A stretch of DNA of 64,000 bases from Candidatus Bathyarchaeia archaeon (GCA_050010755.1 JBEKKK010000001.1:256001-320000), one strand, 5' to 3'; shown: positions 48,658 to 59,178, counted from the stretch's first letter. A program made the numbers and translations. The notes: generated from the sequence alone by a model not told the origin.

Positions 48658-49491
48658 GTGTCCGGGGAGTATTCGTCTCGAAAGTACATGAGGGATTTGA
48701 AGTTACCGTTCTGTCCAGGCTGTGGGTTGTTTTCATTAGGCGCCACCTTCCTAAAGGCTGTGCACGAGCTCGGCCATGAAAACTTGAACGGATTCTGTTT
48801 CGCCAGCGGAATAGGCTGTTCTTCGTGGATTCCTTCACCGTATTTTTTCGCCGATTCAGTTCACACTCTTCACGGCCGAAGTATACCGGTTGCGACCAGC
48901 ATTAAACTCGTGCGCCCAGACCTGAGCGTGGTCGTGTTCGGCGGGGACGGAGACATCGTTGGGATCGGTCTTAGCCACTTCGTACACGCTGCAAGACGCA
49001 ACACAGACATACTGGTCGTTATGGGCAACAACATGGTTTACGGAATGACAGGGGGGCAAGTAGCACCCACAACACCCTTCAAGACCCAGACAACAACCAC
49101 TCCATATGGAAGCTTTGAACATCCACTGGACGCCGCAAGACTCGCCGTCGCCGCTGGAGCAGCATATTCTGCACGTTGGACTACCGCACATCTGAAAGAA
49201 CTGAAGGAATCGATGAAAACCGCGCTACAGATGCCCGGCTTCAAGTTCATAGAAGTTGTAACCCAATGTTTTACAGCGTACGGCAGAAGAGCCGGCTTCA
49301 AGGACGTAGGAGGGATGCTGAAGTATTTCAGAGAAAACGCTGTTGGGGTACAGCAAGCTGAGAAAATGAGCGAAGAAGAACTTGAATCGAAAATCGTTGT
49401 GGGAGAATTTGTTAAGAGAAAGCGTCCGACACTCGTGGAGACAGTTTACGCAATAATCAAGGAGGCAAAGACAAGTGGTGAACAAGACTGA
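48658..49491 (+). CDS. korB: 2-oxoacid:ferredoxin oxidoreductase beta subunit
   Basis: FCPGCG, SGIGCS, HTLHGR, GGDGD...NN TPP motif, YGMTGGQ.APTTP. Confidence 0.92.
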   Translation: MSGEYSSRKYMRDLKLPFCPGCGLFSLGATFLKAVHELGHENLNGFCFASGIGCSSWIPSPYFFADSVHTLHGRSIPVATSIKLVRPDLSVVVFGGDGDIVGIGLSHFVHAARRNTDILVVMGNNMVYGMTGGQVAPTTPFKTQTTTTPYGSFEHPLDAARLAVAAGAAYSARWTTAHLKELKESMKTALQMPGFKFIEVVTQCFTAYGRRAGFKDVGGMLKYFRENAVGVQQAEKMSEEELESKIVVGEFVKRKRPTLVETVYAIIKEAKTSGEQD

Positions 49492-50008
49492 AATAAGATT
49501 CGGCGGAAGCGGTGGACAGGGCGTGGTCCTAGCTGCACAGATACTTGGAAAAGCGGCAGTTCTGGAAGGAAGAAACGCTCTGCAGACACAAGCATACGGA
49601 GCCGAGGCCAGAGGAAGCATGGCCAAGAGCGAAGTCATCATATCAGACAGCAAAATAGGCTTCCCCGCCGTCAGGAAGTGCGACATACTCGTGGCGATGA
49701 ATCAAGAATCACTCAACACATTAATCAGGGATATGAAAGAAGACGGAATGCTCATAGTTGATAGCACCAACGTAACAGAATTTCCTGAAACAAAAGCTCA
49801 AGTCTACAAGATTCCAATCACGGAAACTGCAAAAAAAGAATTCGGAGAAGCATTCTACGCAAACATGATCATGTTAGGTGCCTTCACAAAACTAACTCAC
49901 CTAGTGAGCAGAGAAGCGATGGAAAAAACAATAAGAGAAAACGTCTCGAAAGAAACCATCGAAAACAACATCAAGGCTTTCCAGAAAGGCTTAGAACTAG
50001 ACCATTAG
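49475..50008 (+). CDS. 2-oxoacid:ferredoxin oxidoreductase gamma subunit
   Basis: EIRFGGSGGQG, QAYGAEARG, NMIMLGA, N.KAF.KG. Confidence 0.92.
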   Translation: MVNKTEIRFGGSGGQGVVLAAQILGKAAVLEGRNALQTQAYGAEARGSMAKSEVIISDSKIGFPAVRKCDILVAMNQESLNTLIRDMKEDGMLIVDSTNVTEFPETKAQVYKIPITETAKKEFGEAFYANMIMLGAFTKLTHLVSREAMEKTIRENVSKETIENNIKAFQKGLELDH

Positions 50009-50089
50009 AGAACGAAAATTCTCGAAGAAGGACTCGCAAAGAAGACAACGACATTGCGACATCTGAAAGCATTCTTGCGAGTGCGTTCC

Positions 50090-51304
50090 CTAGATTTTTG
50101 AAAAAGCAGCTTTCCATGTTGCTGATGAACGAGAATAGGGGTTCAGATACAAGGTTCTGAAGAATTCGTTTAGTTTGCCTTTTCGTTCAGCTTTCTTGAA
50201 AGTGGGTAGCACGTAGTCTCTTCTTCCGAAGTAATATGTGTAGACGTAGGGTTTGAACAGGTTAGGTTTCCCGTTGGGATTGACTGGTCTGCTGAAATTG
50301 AGAGACTGTTTAGCGTCCTCGATTGGAATGAAACCTTCCGAGGAGACGTATTCTGCAGCCTTCTCAATATCGATGCTCTCCACGTTTAGCATGTAGGCAA
50401 CGTTCAATCCTATCATGCTTTGTAGGGTGCCGAGCGACTCCAACAATTCGCCGCATTCAGTTGGCATTAGATTCAGGAATTCTCTCGCGCAGTCGGCTGT
50501 CCCTTCATTGATGATGCTGCGTTTCGTGTGCAGTAGTGCAACGCACATGTCGAGCGCCTTGGTCTCGCGGTAGTAGTGTTCGGTAAAAACGTTGGCGATG
50601 TGATGCTCGTATTCGTGGCAGAGCATGCCGATAAATCTATATTTGTTGAAAGTTCGGTCCAAGTTTACCGCGTTAACGCTCGTGTAGTCTCCTTGATAGT
50701 AATTGTACGCGCCCCACGGTTCGCCGCTGACGGCTCTGTAAACAACTCCTTTGTTCTTAACTCTTAAAGAAATATTGGTGAACACTTTTTTCTCAAACAA
50801 CTCTTCGATTTCTTTAGTGCGACGAACAACTTCTGTCACCATCATTTTTTTCAGTGCCTTCCCTGAGACTTTGCTCTCTTCCCTCCATCTAGAAATTTTT
50901 TCGGAAACATCTGAGCCCGGGAGACCCGTGCTAGCAGCTTCAACTCGCTCTTGCGCCTTTCGAATCTCATTTTGGCTGAATTTCGAAGGAGTTATTCCGA
51001 AAATCCCTTTCACTAGCTGCGGGTACGGAATGGTGTCTCCCGAAAGCCATCTTACGACGATTTTCATGGATTGGAGGTCAGTTAGTATGACGATTCTCCT
51101 TAGTTTGTCGTCTATCTCTTTGTCTCGATCAATCAGCGTCTCTAAGTTCAATATTAGCTTCTCAGAAGAGAGAACCTGTTCCGTTTTTCTGGGCAAGAAT
51201 TTTTTTGGTCCAAAATACGCATCGACGATGCTGATTCCAGTTGCTTCCTTTGTGAAGGTGCCAATATGTAAGAGCAGTTTCAGGTAGTCTTCGTCCAGAG
51301 CCAT
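50090..51304 (-). CDS. Putative zinc metallopeptidase (DUF885-like)
   Basis: DAYFGP, WGAYNYY.G, CHEYEHH, INEG.A, YVYTYY.G. Confidence 0.6.
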   Translation of the reverse strand: MALDEDYLKLLLHIGTFTKEATGISIVDAYFGPKKFLPRKTEQVLSSEKLILNLETLIDRDKEIDDKLRRIVILTDLQSMKIVVRWLSGDTIPYPQLVKGIFGITPSKFSQNEIRKAQERVEAASTGLPGSDVSEKISRWREESKVSGKALKKMMVTEVVRRTKEIEELFEKKVFTNISLRVKNKGVVYRAVSGEPWGAYNYYQGDYTSVNAVNLDRTFNKYRFIGMLCHEYEHHIANVFTEHYYRETKALDMCVALLHTKRSIINEGTADCAREFLNLMPTECGELLESLGTLQSMIGLNVAYMLNVESIDIEKAAEYVSSEGFIPIEDAKQSLNFSRPVNPNGKPNLFKPYVYTYYFGRRDYVLPTFKKAERKGKLNEFFRTLYLNPYSRSSATWKAAFSKI

Positions 51305-51478
51305 GGCGGTTCCTCGACCATGTTAAATTATCGATTAATATAAATTAGTTTAGCGGATTCGAATAATGCCTTGTTCTGCTTACACTCACCATTCTTTCCA
51401 TCCTCCGCCATCTTTTTGTATTGCACGGGCTACTTGTACAAGCATCAGTCAAATGCGAAGAGGGTTAAGTGCGTCTCT

Positions 51479-52588
51479 ATGAAGTATGAAATCAGATGTT
51501 CAGTTTGTAATAAGTCTCCATCCAGCTTGCTTGCGTTCAAGTGTCCGTCATGCAGCGAGCCATTAGACGTAAAACTGGATTTTAATTTTGAACCTGATAA
51601 GATACGCACAGGTAATTACAGTCTGTGGAGATACGAGCAGTTCTTCCCATATGCTCAAGAGAGGGAGAAAATCACCCTTTCTGAAGGCTGGACTCCGCTG
51701 GTAAGGTTCTCGGACAATGTTTATGTCAAACTTGAGAGTGCGAATCCCACAGGCTCTTTCAAGGACAGAGGCTCAACAGTTCTGTTTTCAGCTTTGCACG
51801 AACTGATAAGGGAGGCCGGGGGTTACATTTCTGAAGATTCTTCGGGCAACGCTGGAGCTTCGATGGCGGCCTATGCTGCACGCGCAGGGCTGAACGCCAG
51901 GATCTACGTTCCAGAAAGCGTTGCAGGCCCGAAGTTTAATCAAATTCAGTTTTACGGGGCACAAGTAACCAAAGTTTCAGGCGGCCGCGCTCGAGTTACT
52001 GAGGAAGCACAAAAAATGGAGAAGCGAAAATTCTATGTAGGCCATATACTTCACCCGCTGTTCAGAGACGGAATGAGAAGTCTTGCCTACGAATTGCTTG
52101 AACAGTTCGGATGGAGTGTTCCAGAACGCATTTACCTTCCAGTCTCCGCAGGAACATTGCTTCTGGGCCTGATAAGCGGCTTCAAACATTTGTCAGATTC
52201 TGGGGGTATAGACTCCCTTCCAAATATCGTAGCATGCCAGACACAGCAGGTCTCACCACTTTATCATCTATTCAAGGGCTTAAAGTACAATCCGCCAGAA
52301 ACTGTTACGTCCATTGCTGATGCTCTCGTGAGCGTCAAACCTCCTCTGTTAGATATGATGGTCAATAGGTTGAAAGAGGTTAAGGGCGATGCAGTAATGG
52401 TTGGAGAGGATGAAATAATTGAAGCATTCCTAGAACTTGCGAGGAGCGGCTTCTTTGTTGAACCTAGCTCGGCCGTTGCCTTCGCAGGTTACAAAAAACA
52501 ACTCAGGACTAACGTGATATCAAAAGAGAACAAAGTTGTGATAGTTTTGACTGGCAACGGTTTGAAAACGACGGTTAAGCCAGTTTGA
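51479..52588 (+). CDS. Threonine synthase-like PLP enzyme
   Basis: N-terminal CxxC/CxxC, LWRY, L.EGWTPL, NPTGSFKDRG, SSGNAG, EPSSA, LTGNGLK. Confidence 0.88.
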   Translation: MKYEIRCSVCNKSPSSLLAFKCPSCSEPLDVKLDFNFEPDKIRTGNYSLWRYEQFFPYAQEREKITLSEGWTPLVRFSDNVYVKLESANPTGSFKDRGSTVLFSALHELIREAGGYISEDSSGNAGASMAAYAARAGLNARIYVPESVAGPKFNQIQFYGAQVTKVSGGRARVTEEAQKMEKRKFYVGHILHPLFRDGMRSLAYELLEQFGWSVPERIYLPVSAGTLLLGLISGFKHLSDSGGIDSLPNIVACQTQQVSPLYHLFKGLKYNPPETVTSIADALVSVKPPLLDMMVNRLKEVKGDAVMVGEDEIIEAFLELARSGFFVEPSSAVAFAGYKKQLRTNVISKENKVVIVLTGNGLKTTVKPV

Positions 52589-52698
52589 TTTCGAGTCTCA
52601 AGGGCTGATGGTCAAAAGTCTTGCTTTCGGCCGAATATTTTAGAAAAACTTATATGGTGAAGCTGTTTCTGTTTGTGACGCATTAAGGAGGTTATGAT

Positions 52699-54366
52699 TT
52701 GTCATCGCAACAATCAGCTGGCGGTGTTCCAGTTTTAGTGCTGAAGGAAGGTTCAAGCCGTTCAAGAGGTAAAGAGGCGCAAAACACAAACATCGAAGCA
52801 GCAAAGATAGTAGCTGAGGCGGTCAAGAGTTCCCTCGGCCCTAAGGGCATGGATAAGATGCTCGTTGACAGTTTCGGCGACGTCACGATTACGAGTGACG
52901 GCCGCACAATCTTGGATGAGATGGACATTCAGCATCCAGCAGCGAAGATGATGGTGGAAGTTGCCAAAACACAGGACAACGAAGCTGGAGACGGAACGAC
53001 AACAGCCGTGATAATATCTGGTGAGCTTCTCAACAAGGCTCAGGAACTGATTGAGAAGAACGTTCATCCAACGATTATAATCGACGGATACAGAAAAGCC
53101 GCAGAAAAGGCACTGGAAATCTTGGAAAAAATCGCGATACCTGTAGACCTGAACTCTCAGGATTACTTGAAGAAAGCCGCAATGACATCGATGGCCAGCA
53201 AACTGGTCGCCGAACACAAGGAATACCTTGCGGACTTGGCTGTAAAATCGATTCTTGCGGTTGCAGAGAAGGAAGGCGAGAAGTACAAGGCAGACGTGGA
53301 CGATGTGAAGGTTGAGAAGAAACCCGGCGAATCCGTGAAGGACACGAAGCTGATCCAGGGCATAGTGTTGGACAAGGACGTCGCGCATTCTGGAATGCCT
53401 AAACGCGTGGAGAAAGCAAAAATTCTCTTGCTGGACGCGGTGCTTGAGATTGAAAAGACCGAGTTCGACGCTAAAATCAACATCGAAAGCCCTGAGCAGA
53501 TGGAGGCGTTCATAAAACAGGAAGAAGATATGCTGCGCGATATGGTTGACAAGGTTGTCAAGACAGGCGCAAACGTCGTTCTCACGGAGAAAGGTATCGA
53601 CGACATGGCCCAGCACTTCATGGCGAGAAAAGGAATACTTGCAGTTAGACGAAACAAGAAGTCGGACATGGAGAAACTTGCAAAGGCCACTGGAGGAAAA
53701 ATAGTTTCTAACTTGGATTCCATGACTTCGGAAGATTTGGGTTATGCGGCTCTGGTGGAAGAACGCAAGATAGGCGACGACAAGATGACTTTCATAGAAG
53801 GCTGCAAGCACCCGAAGGCCGTCACGATTCTTATCAGAGGTGGAACACAACGCATAGTAGACGAAGCTGAAAGATCATTGCACGACGCTCTATGCGTTGT
53901 CAGAGACATAGTTCAGGAACCCAAAGTACTTGCCGGTGGCGGCTCGCCTGAACTGGAAGTTTCTCGCGGACTGAAGAAGTATGCTGAGACGCTTCCCGGA
54001 AGGGAGCAGCTTGCAGTAGTCGCTTTTGCAGAGGCCCTTGAAGCGATCCCGACGACGCTGACAGAAAACGCTGGCCTCGACCCGATTGACATACTCTCGG
54101 ATCTGAGGTCAAGACACGAGAAAGGCGAAGTGTGGGCAGGAATAGAAGTTAACACTGGAAAAACACAGGACATGAGCAAGGCCGGAGTTATAGAACCGAT
54201 TTCCGTCAAGAAACAGATAATCAAATCGGCAACTGAAGCCTCGACGATGCTTCTAAAAATCGACGATGTGATAGCTTCTGGAAAGATGAGAACTCCTCCA
54301 GGACCCCCAGGGGGCGGAGGCCCAGGCGGGATGGGCGGCGGTTACCCTGGCATGGGGGAGTACTAG
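52699..54366 (+). CDS. ths: Thermosome (group II chaperonin) subunit
   Basis: [35 protein letters not shown]-type tail. Confidence 0.97.
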   Translation: MSSQQSAGGVPVLVLKEGSSRSRGKEAQNTNIEAAKIVAEAVKSSLGPKGMDKMLVDSFGDVTITSDGRTILDEMDIQHPAAKMMVEVAKTQDNEAGDGTTTAVIISGELLNKAQELIEKNVHPTIIIDGYRKAAEKALEILEKIAIPVDLNSQDYLKKAAMTSMASKLVAEHKEYLADLAVKSILAVAEKEGEKYKADVDDVKVEKKPGESVKDTKLIQGIVLDKDVAHSGMPKRVEKAKILLLDAVLEIEKTEFDAKINIESPEQMEAFIKQEEDMLRDMVDKVVKTGANVVLTEKGIDDMAQHFMARKGILAVRRNKKSDMEKLAKATGGKIVSNLDSMTSEDLGYAALVEERKIGDDKMTFIEGCKHPKAVTILIRGGTQRIVDEAERSLHDALCVVRDIVQEPKVLAGGGSPELEVSRGLKKYAETLPGREQLAVVAFAEALEAIPTTLTENAGLDPIDILSDLRSRHEKGEVWAGIEVNTGKTQDMSKAGVIEPISVKKQIIKSATEASTMLLKIDDVIASGKMRTPPGPPGGGGPGGMGGGYPGMGEY

Positions 54367-54624
54367 AACTACGTCAGAGAAACAGAAAATCACGATTGGA
54401 CCGCCAAAAATCACCCGGTTCGAAAAGGCAAGGATAGTAGGGGCTAGAGCCCTTCAGATATCCATGGGAGCCCCCATACTTGTCGAAGTGTCGGAAGGCT
54501 TTACAGGACCTATACAAATAGCGTTGAAAGAGTTCGCAGCCGACATACTGCCCATGACCGTTAGAAGGACATTGCCAGACGGCAGCTTTCAAGACATTCC
54601 ATTGAAATGGCTTCTTGCGGGGAG

Positions 54625-55113
54625 CTAAACGCTCTCCTTTTTTAGTTTCTGCAGATTCGATGAAATCTCCAGGGTTTCTCTGATTTTCGTCCAGTGCGCG
54701 CCTTGCCAGTAAACTTGACCGCAATTGGGACATTCCCAGAAATTGGTGTTATGTTCAAGAGTGTTTTTCTCAACTCGGTCTGCGACTTTTTCTATTGGAA
54801 CGGGATTGACCGGGGTGTTGCACTTAGGGCATCTGGACGTTGCCATGTCTATTTTAAGGTTGATGCCGAACCTGGCGGCGAGCTCGGCCAGTTTCTCCTG
54901 TTCGGTTTGTCCTTCAACGTAGAATGCTTCGATTTCTCTGGCAACGGCATGTTGGTAGAGTGCGAAATCTCTTGTGAGCAGAATTCTATGCTCTTTCTTG
55001 GCGATTGTCAACAGCATAGAATCATCCATGCTGTTCGAGTATTCTACGTCGTGTCCCATCATTCGAAGCCAGCGAGCCAGTTTGCCTAGCATCCCGTCGA
55101 TGACAAACTTCAA
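54625..55113 (-). CDS. Mut7-C RNase (PIN) domain protein
   Basis: [44 protein letters not shown]. Confidence 0.92.
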   Translation of the reverse strand: MKFVIDGMLGKLARWLRMMGHDVEYSNSMDDSMLLTIAKKEHRILLTRDFALYQHAVAREIEAFYVEGQTEQEKLAELAARFGINLKIDMATSRCPKCNTPVNPVPIEKVADRVEKNTLEHNTNFWECPNCGQVYWQGAHWTKIRETLEISSNLQKLKKESV

Positions 55114-55117
55114 GAGG

Positions 55118-56458
55118 TCACTCTCTCCGGATTACTCTTCCGCTTCCAGGTTTCGCCACGATCTCGCCGTCTTCCATGATCAGTCGACCAGCAACGATGG
55201 TCTTGACCGGTTGCCCCTGAACCTCGCGGCCTTCGAAGGGTGAGAACCTTGCTTTTGAATGGAACTTTGACGCTTCAATCTTGTATTTCCTGTTGAGATC
55301 GACAACTGTGAGGTCAGCATCGTTTCCTTCTTTCAACCGGCCCTTGCCTTTCAGTTCGAAGATATCCGCTGGTTTTTCGGACATGAGTCTAACCACGTCG
55401 CCGATTGACATTCGACCACGCTTAACCTCGGTGAGAAGAAGCGGAAGCGTCGTCTCTAAGCCTGGTATTCCAACTTTGACGTCCCAAACAGACTCTGCTT
55501 CCTTTTCCTTCAGAGTGTGCGGTGCATGATCAGATCCTATCACGTCAACCCAGCCGTCTTTGACAGCCTCCCACAAACCGTCAACGTCACGCCTATCACG
55601 TAAAGGCGGCATAGTCACGCCCAAATTTCCAACCCGTTTCAACTCCTTAACGGCCAGTAGGAGATGATGAGGCGTTACTTCACAGGTTACCTTCAGCCCG
55701 GACTTCTTGGCCTCGATTATTTTCATCATTCCTGCTTCTGTGCTAACGTGACAAAAATGCAAATGCGTCCCAGTTTGCCTTATGAGGTTTAACAAACGTT
55801 CGATAGCCTTCACTTCGACATCTTCAGAATGCGCCATCAAGAAAGCGTTCATGTCGTTTCGACCGATTATCTTGAACTTGGATTCGTTTCTTTTCAAAAT
55901 CTGCTCGTCTTCAGCGTGACTTGCTGTTACGATCCCTGAGTTGCCCGCAACTTTGAACGCTTCCGTAATAGCCTGGTCGTTGTGAATGTCCAGCCCACCG
56001 ACTTGTTCAGCCATGTAAAGTTTGAAGCCGACTGCACCCATTCTTGACAGCGTTAGGATTTCCGAAACGTCTCTCGGAAATTCAGAATAAAATCCGACGT
56101 TCACCAAAATTTTCCTCTCAGCAAGTCCAATTCTGTTTCTCAGAGTTTCAACACTCATGGTCACTGGATTGTTGTTGGGCATGTCGAGAACGGTTGTCAT
56201 TCCACCGGCGGATGCCGCCGCTGTGCCGGTGTGAAAATCCTCTTTATAGGCCTTGCCTTCATCTCGAAGATGCACGTGAGCATCTATCAAACCAGGTAAC
56301 AAGAGGAAACTCTTCAAATCTAATCTGGCGTCTGAATTTGGCATGTTAGTTTCCCTGCCTATTTTGAGAATCTTGCCATCTTCAATTGCCAGGCTACAAT
56401 CTACTATCGCCTTGTTCATGTAGGCCTTTGCATTGACCAAAACCATGTCAACGATCAA
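55118..56458 (-). CDS. pyrC: Dihydroorotase (cyclic amidohydrolase)
   Basis: PGLIDAHVHLR, DMPN, HAED, CHVST, EVTPHHL, PPLR, SDHAPH, G.PGLET. Confidence 0.82.
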   Translation of the reverse strand: MIVDMVLVNAKAYMNKAIVDCSLAIEDGKILKIGRETNMPNSDARLDLKSFLLLPGLIDAHVHLRDEGKAYKEDFHTGTAAASAGGMTTVLDMPNNNPVTMSVETLRNRIGLAERKILVNVGFYSEFPRDVSEILTLSRMGAVGFKLYMAEQVGGLDIHNDQAITEAFKVAGNSGIVTASHAEDEQILKRNESKFKIIGRNDMNAFLMAHSEDVEVKAIERLLNLIRQTGTHLHFCHVSTEAGMMKIIEAKKSGLKVTCEVTPHHLLLAVKELKRVGNLGVTMPPLRDRRDVDGLWEAVKDGWVDVIGSDHAPHTLKEKEAESVWDVKVGIPGLETTLPLLLTEVKRGRMSIGDVVRLMSEKPADIFELKGKGRLKEGNDADLTVVDLNRKYKIEASKFHSKARFSPFEGREVQGQPVKTIVAGRLIMEDGEIVAKPGSGRVIRRE

Positions 56459-56880
56459 ATTGACACCGCCTTTCTTGCTTTATCAACATCATTACAATAC
56501 GTTAAAAGTTTGCCTTATCAGCACACGAAGAAGCAACGGATCCTAGGAACGCCGGTGGCTGTGAGAGCGCACAGTCTCTTTCTAAAGTGGTTGCTTGAAC
56601 GAGGCAGAATCAAATTGAATGCTCGACGCACGAGTTTGCTGTTTTGCTTTCACACATCCGCGACATCGTAGCTAGGTGAAATTGAGAGAGAGGTTGAAAG
56701 AATGGGACAAATGCACGTTTTCTTCGAAATCATATTTGGATCATATCGTCGACCGAGGGGGGAGGCCGTTGGCGCACACTAGAGCCCGCATCCTCCTATG
56801 AGCAAACTCAAAAAAACCCATCGCGCTGTATCGGTCAGAAATCTAGTTTAGGAACATTATGCACGCGATTCTGGGATGTT

Positions 56881-57789
56881 TTATTCAATTATTTTGAAGA
56901 AGTCTCTTTCCGTTATCATGCCGACAAGCTTCTCATTCTTCACGACAGGCATGGCGCCGATGTTCTTCTCCTGCATGATCTTAGCCGCCTGTCCCACATC
57001 CACGTCCGGCTCGATCGTCGTCACGGTTTTCGAAGCTATCTCCAAAGCAGGATTATTCAAAACTTGGATTATCGTTCCGGACCGTAAATACGAAAACGCC
57101 TCCCCACACCCGAAGAACCGGATGATATCCATAGCCGTAATTATGCCTACAACCCTCCCGTCCGACACGATTGGCAGCCTCCTGAAACCCTCCGTAGCCA
57201 TCGTCTTCTCAGCCTCGAAAATCGTCGTCTTCGGCAAAGCTGTTATCACCTTCTCCGACATAAGCTGGGAGACTTTCACTCCGCTGGTTCTGTCAGCGAA
57301 AAGGTTTGCAATGTCCCTTTCAGTGATTATCGCTTTCACGCTGTCTTTTTCGTCGACAACCGGCAGACCCCCGAGGTTTGACTCCTTCATTTTTCCTATA
57401 GCTTCACTTATTTTCGCAGACGTTTTCACAGATACGACGTTCTGCGTCATCACCAGTTTTATCGGCTCGTTAATCGCCTTGAAAAAGTTCCCATCAAACC
57501 TTTGCCGGACAATTTCAAACTTCTCGCCTCCGCCCAAATAGTCAACCACGTCCGTTGCCGTCACTATCCCTTCCAGATGCTTGGTTCCAGCGTTGACGAT
57601 GGGAAGTCGGCGAAAACCCTTGTCAGCCATCAAGTGAATGGCATCGTAAATCGGCGTGGTAGGAGCCACCATGACAACCGGACTCTTCGCCACGGTCAAG
57701 ATTTCACCGTCGCGCTTCTTCGCGCCATGAACCTTAAAGTCAACGGGACCCCTTCCCCTGATTCTCCTCCTGAAACCTTCTTTGCTCAA
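56881..57789 (-). CDS. Tandem CBS-domain protein (4 CBS)
   Basis: Repeated FRRLPIV / GGLPVV / G.IT..D motifs. Confidence 0.9.
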   Translation of the reverse strand: MSKEGFRRRIRGRGPVDFKVHGAKKRDGEILTVAKSPVVMVAPTTPIYDAIHLMADKGFRRLPIVNAGTKHLEGIVTATDVVDYLGGGEKFEIVRQRFDGNFFKAINEPIKLVMTQNVVSVKTSAKISEAIGKMKESNLGGLPVVDEKDSVKAIITERDIANLFADRTSGVKVSQLMSEKVITALPKTTIFEAEKTMATEGFRRLPIVSDGRVVGIITAMDIIRFFGCGEAFSYLRSGTIIQVLNNPALEIASKTVTTIEPDVDVGQAAKIMQEKNIGAMPVVKNEKLVGMITERDFFKIIE

Positions 57790-57799
57790 CTGCTTTCCC

Positions 57800-58594
57800 T
57801 CACTTCACTATCAGTCTGACGATGTCTTCGCGGTCAACTATGCCAATGAGCCTGCCATCTTTGTCCTTAACCGGAACCCTGCCAATGTCCTTTGAAACCA
57901 TGACCTTGGCTACTCTGATGGCCTTTACCGAAGGCTCCACGGCCACGATCTCCGTTTTCATCACAGAAGAGATCTTGGGCGAACCTCGAATCTTTTGAGA
58001 CTCAAAAGTCGGCAGAAAGGCGCCGCTCTGCAGCAGATCCTTATGCGTAACGATGCCCACAAGTTTACCATTCTTAACCACTGGAAGGCCTGCAAAACGC
58101 CTCTCCTGCATCAAACGCCAAATGTGTTCAACCTCATCATCCGGCGAACACGTAACGACATTCTCAGTCATTATCTCCGAGACATCTTTAGCGAATTTTT
58201 CAGGGTTGGTTTCAATTTGCTGCTCTATAAACGCTTCCAGACCTAAAACCCCGTGGTAGGTTCTATCTTGAGATGACATGACAACCGGCGCGCACCACAC
58301 GTCCACTTTGAGCATGGTTCTAACGGTTGACGTCAAATCATCGTCGACCGCTGCAACATGCTTTGCGGGGGTCATTATGCCCTTGACAAGAATCGAAGAC
58401 TTCGACGACGATATAGCCATAATGTCGCGTCTGGATACTTTTCCCAGAAGTTTTTTGTTCCCATCCGTTACGGGCAGAATTCTAAGGTTGAAGTCCCGTA
58501 TCATTGCACGAGCTTTTGTAGCAAGCTCATCCAAGTAGATGGACGGATGCTTTCCATCCATGATTTCTTTGACACGCAAGCAAGCCCCTCTCAC
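57800..58594 (-). CDS. Tandem CBS-domain protein (4 CBS)
   Basis: V.EIMT, GLPVV, GIVT..DL, GRVPV, GIVDREDI. Confidence 0.9.
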   Translation of the reverse strand: MRGACLRVKEIMDGKHPSIYLDELATKARAMIRDFNLRILPVTDGNKKLLGKVSRRDIMAISSSKSSILVKGIMTPAKHVAAVDDDLTSTVRTMLKVDVWCAPVVMSSQDRTYHGVLGLEAFIEQQIETNPEKFAKDVSEIMTENVVTCSPDDEVEHIWRLMQERRFAGLPVVKNGKLVGIVTHKDLLQSGAFLPTFESQKIRGSPKISSVMKTEIVAVEPSVKAIRVAKVMVSKDIGRVPVKDKDGRLIGIVDREDIVRLIVK

Positions 58595-59178
58595 TCTTCG
58601 GTTTCTTCCAGCTCAACCCTGCAGTCTTCACAGTGATATTCGCCGTTGACTTCTGTCAGAGTGTCAGACCAAACACCACAATGGTCGCAGTAGCCTGCCA
58701 GCGGAGCCCGGTCTTCCTGCTCCTCCTCAGCCATGTTTTCGCCTTCAATCATGGCTTTTTCCTGTATTATTTCGAGCAGTTCAGGCATGACACCGAGAAC
58801 GTCTTTGCTCGAGATTATGCCGACGAGTCGCCCCTTATAGACAACACCGAGTCTTCTTATGTTCAACCTGCTCATCCGTCTAGCAGTATCCGTGATCGTC
58901 GCATCTGGCTCTATGGTGATAAGCGGTGATGTCATAACTTCTTCGGCCTTAAGCGTATCTGGCTTGATGTTCTTGGCCAACACTCTCAGGACAAGGTCTC
59001 TTTCGGTTATAACGCCGATTGGTTTTTCCTCTTTAGTCGTAACTATAACGCAACCCACGCCGTGCTTGTCCATGAGCTCCGCAACACAATTCGCGGGCGC
59101 GCTTTCCTCCACAGTAATGGCTGGGCTACTCATGACATCCTTGACCAGCATTTTAGGCCTTAACCCAAGATCAGACAT
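58591..59178 (-). CDS. CBS-domain protein with C-terminal zinc ribbon
   Basis: VKDVMSSP, GVITERD; C-terminal GYCDHCG...CEDC. Confidence 0.9.
   Translation of the reverse strand: MSDLGLRPKMLVKDVMSSPAITVEESAPANCVAELMDKHGVGCVIVTTKEEKPIGVITERDLVLRVLAKNIKPDTLKAEEVMTSPLITIEPDATITDTARRMSRLNIRRLGVVYKGRLVGIISSKDVLGVMPELLEIIQEKAMIEGENMAEEEQEDRAPLAGYCDHCGVWSDTLTEVNGEYHCEDCRVELEETEE

Noticed and set aside
52762-53850. 362-aa antisense ORF inside the thermosome gene
   Set aside because: It is a shadow frame of a highly conserved gene with biased codon use, and its composition is not protein-like.
56460-56880. 420-nt intergenic region with a G-rich patch, considered as a possible ncRNA
   Set aside because: I could not find a convincing stem structure or known RNA motif by eye. 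An Infernal/Rfam scan would be needed.
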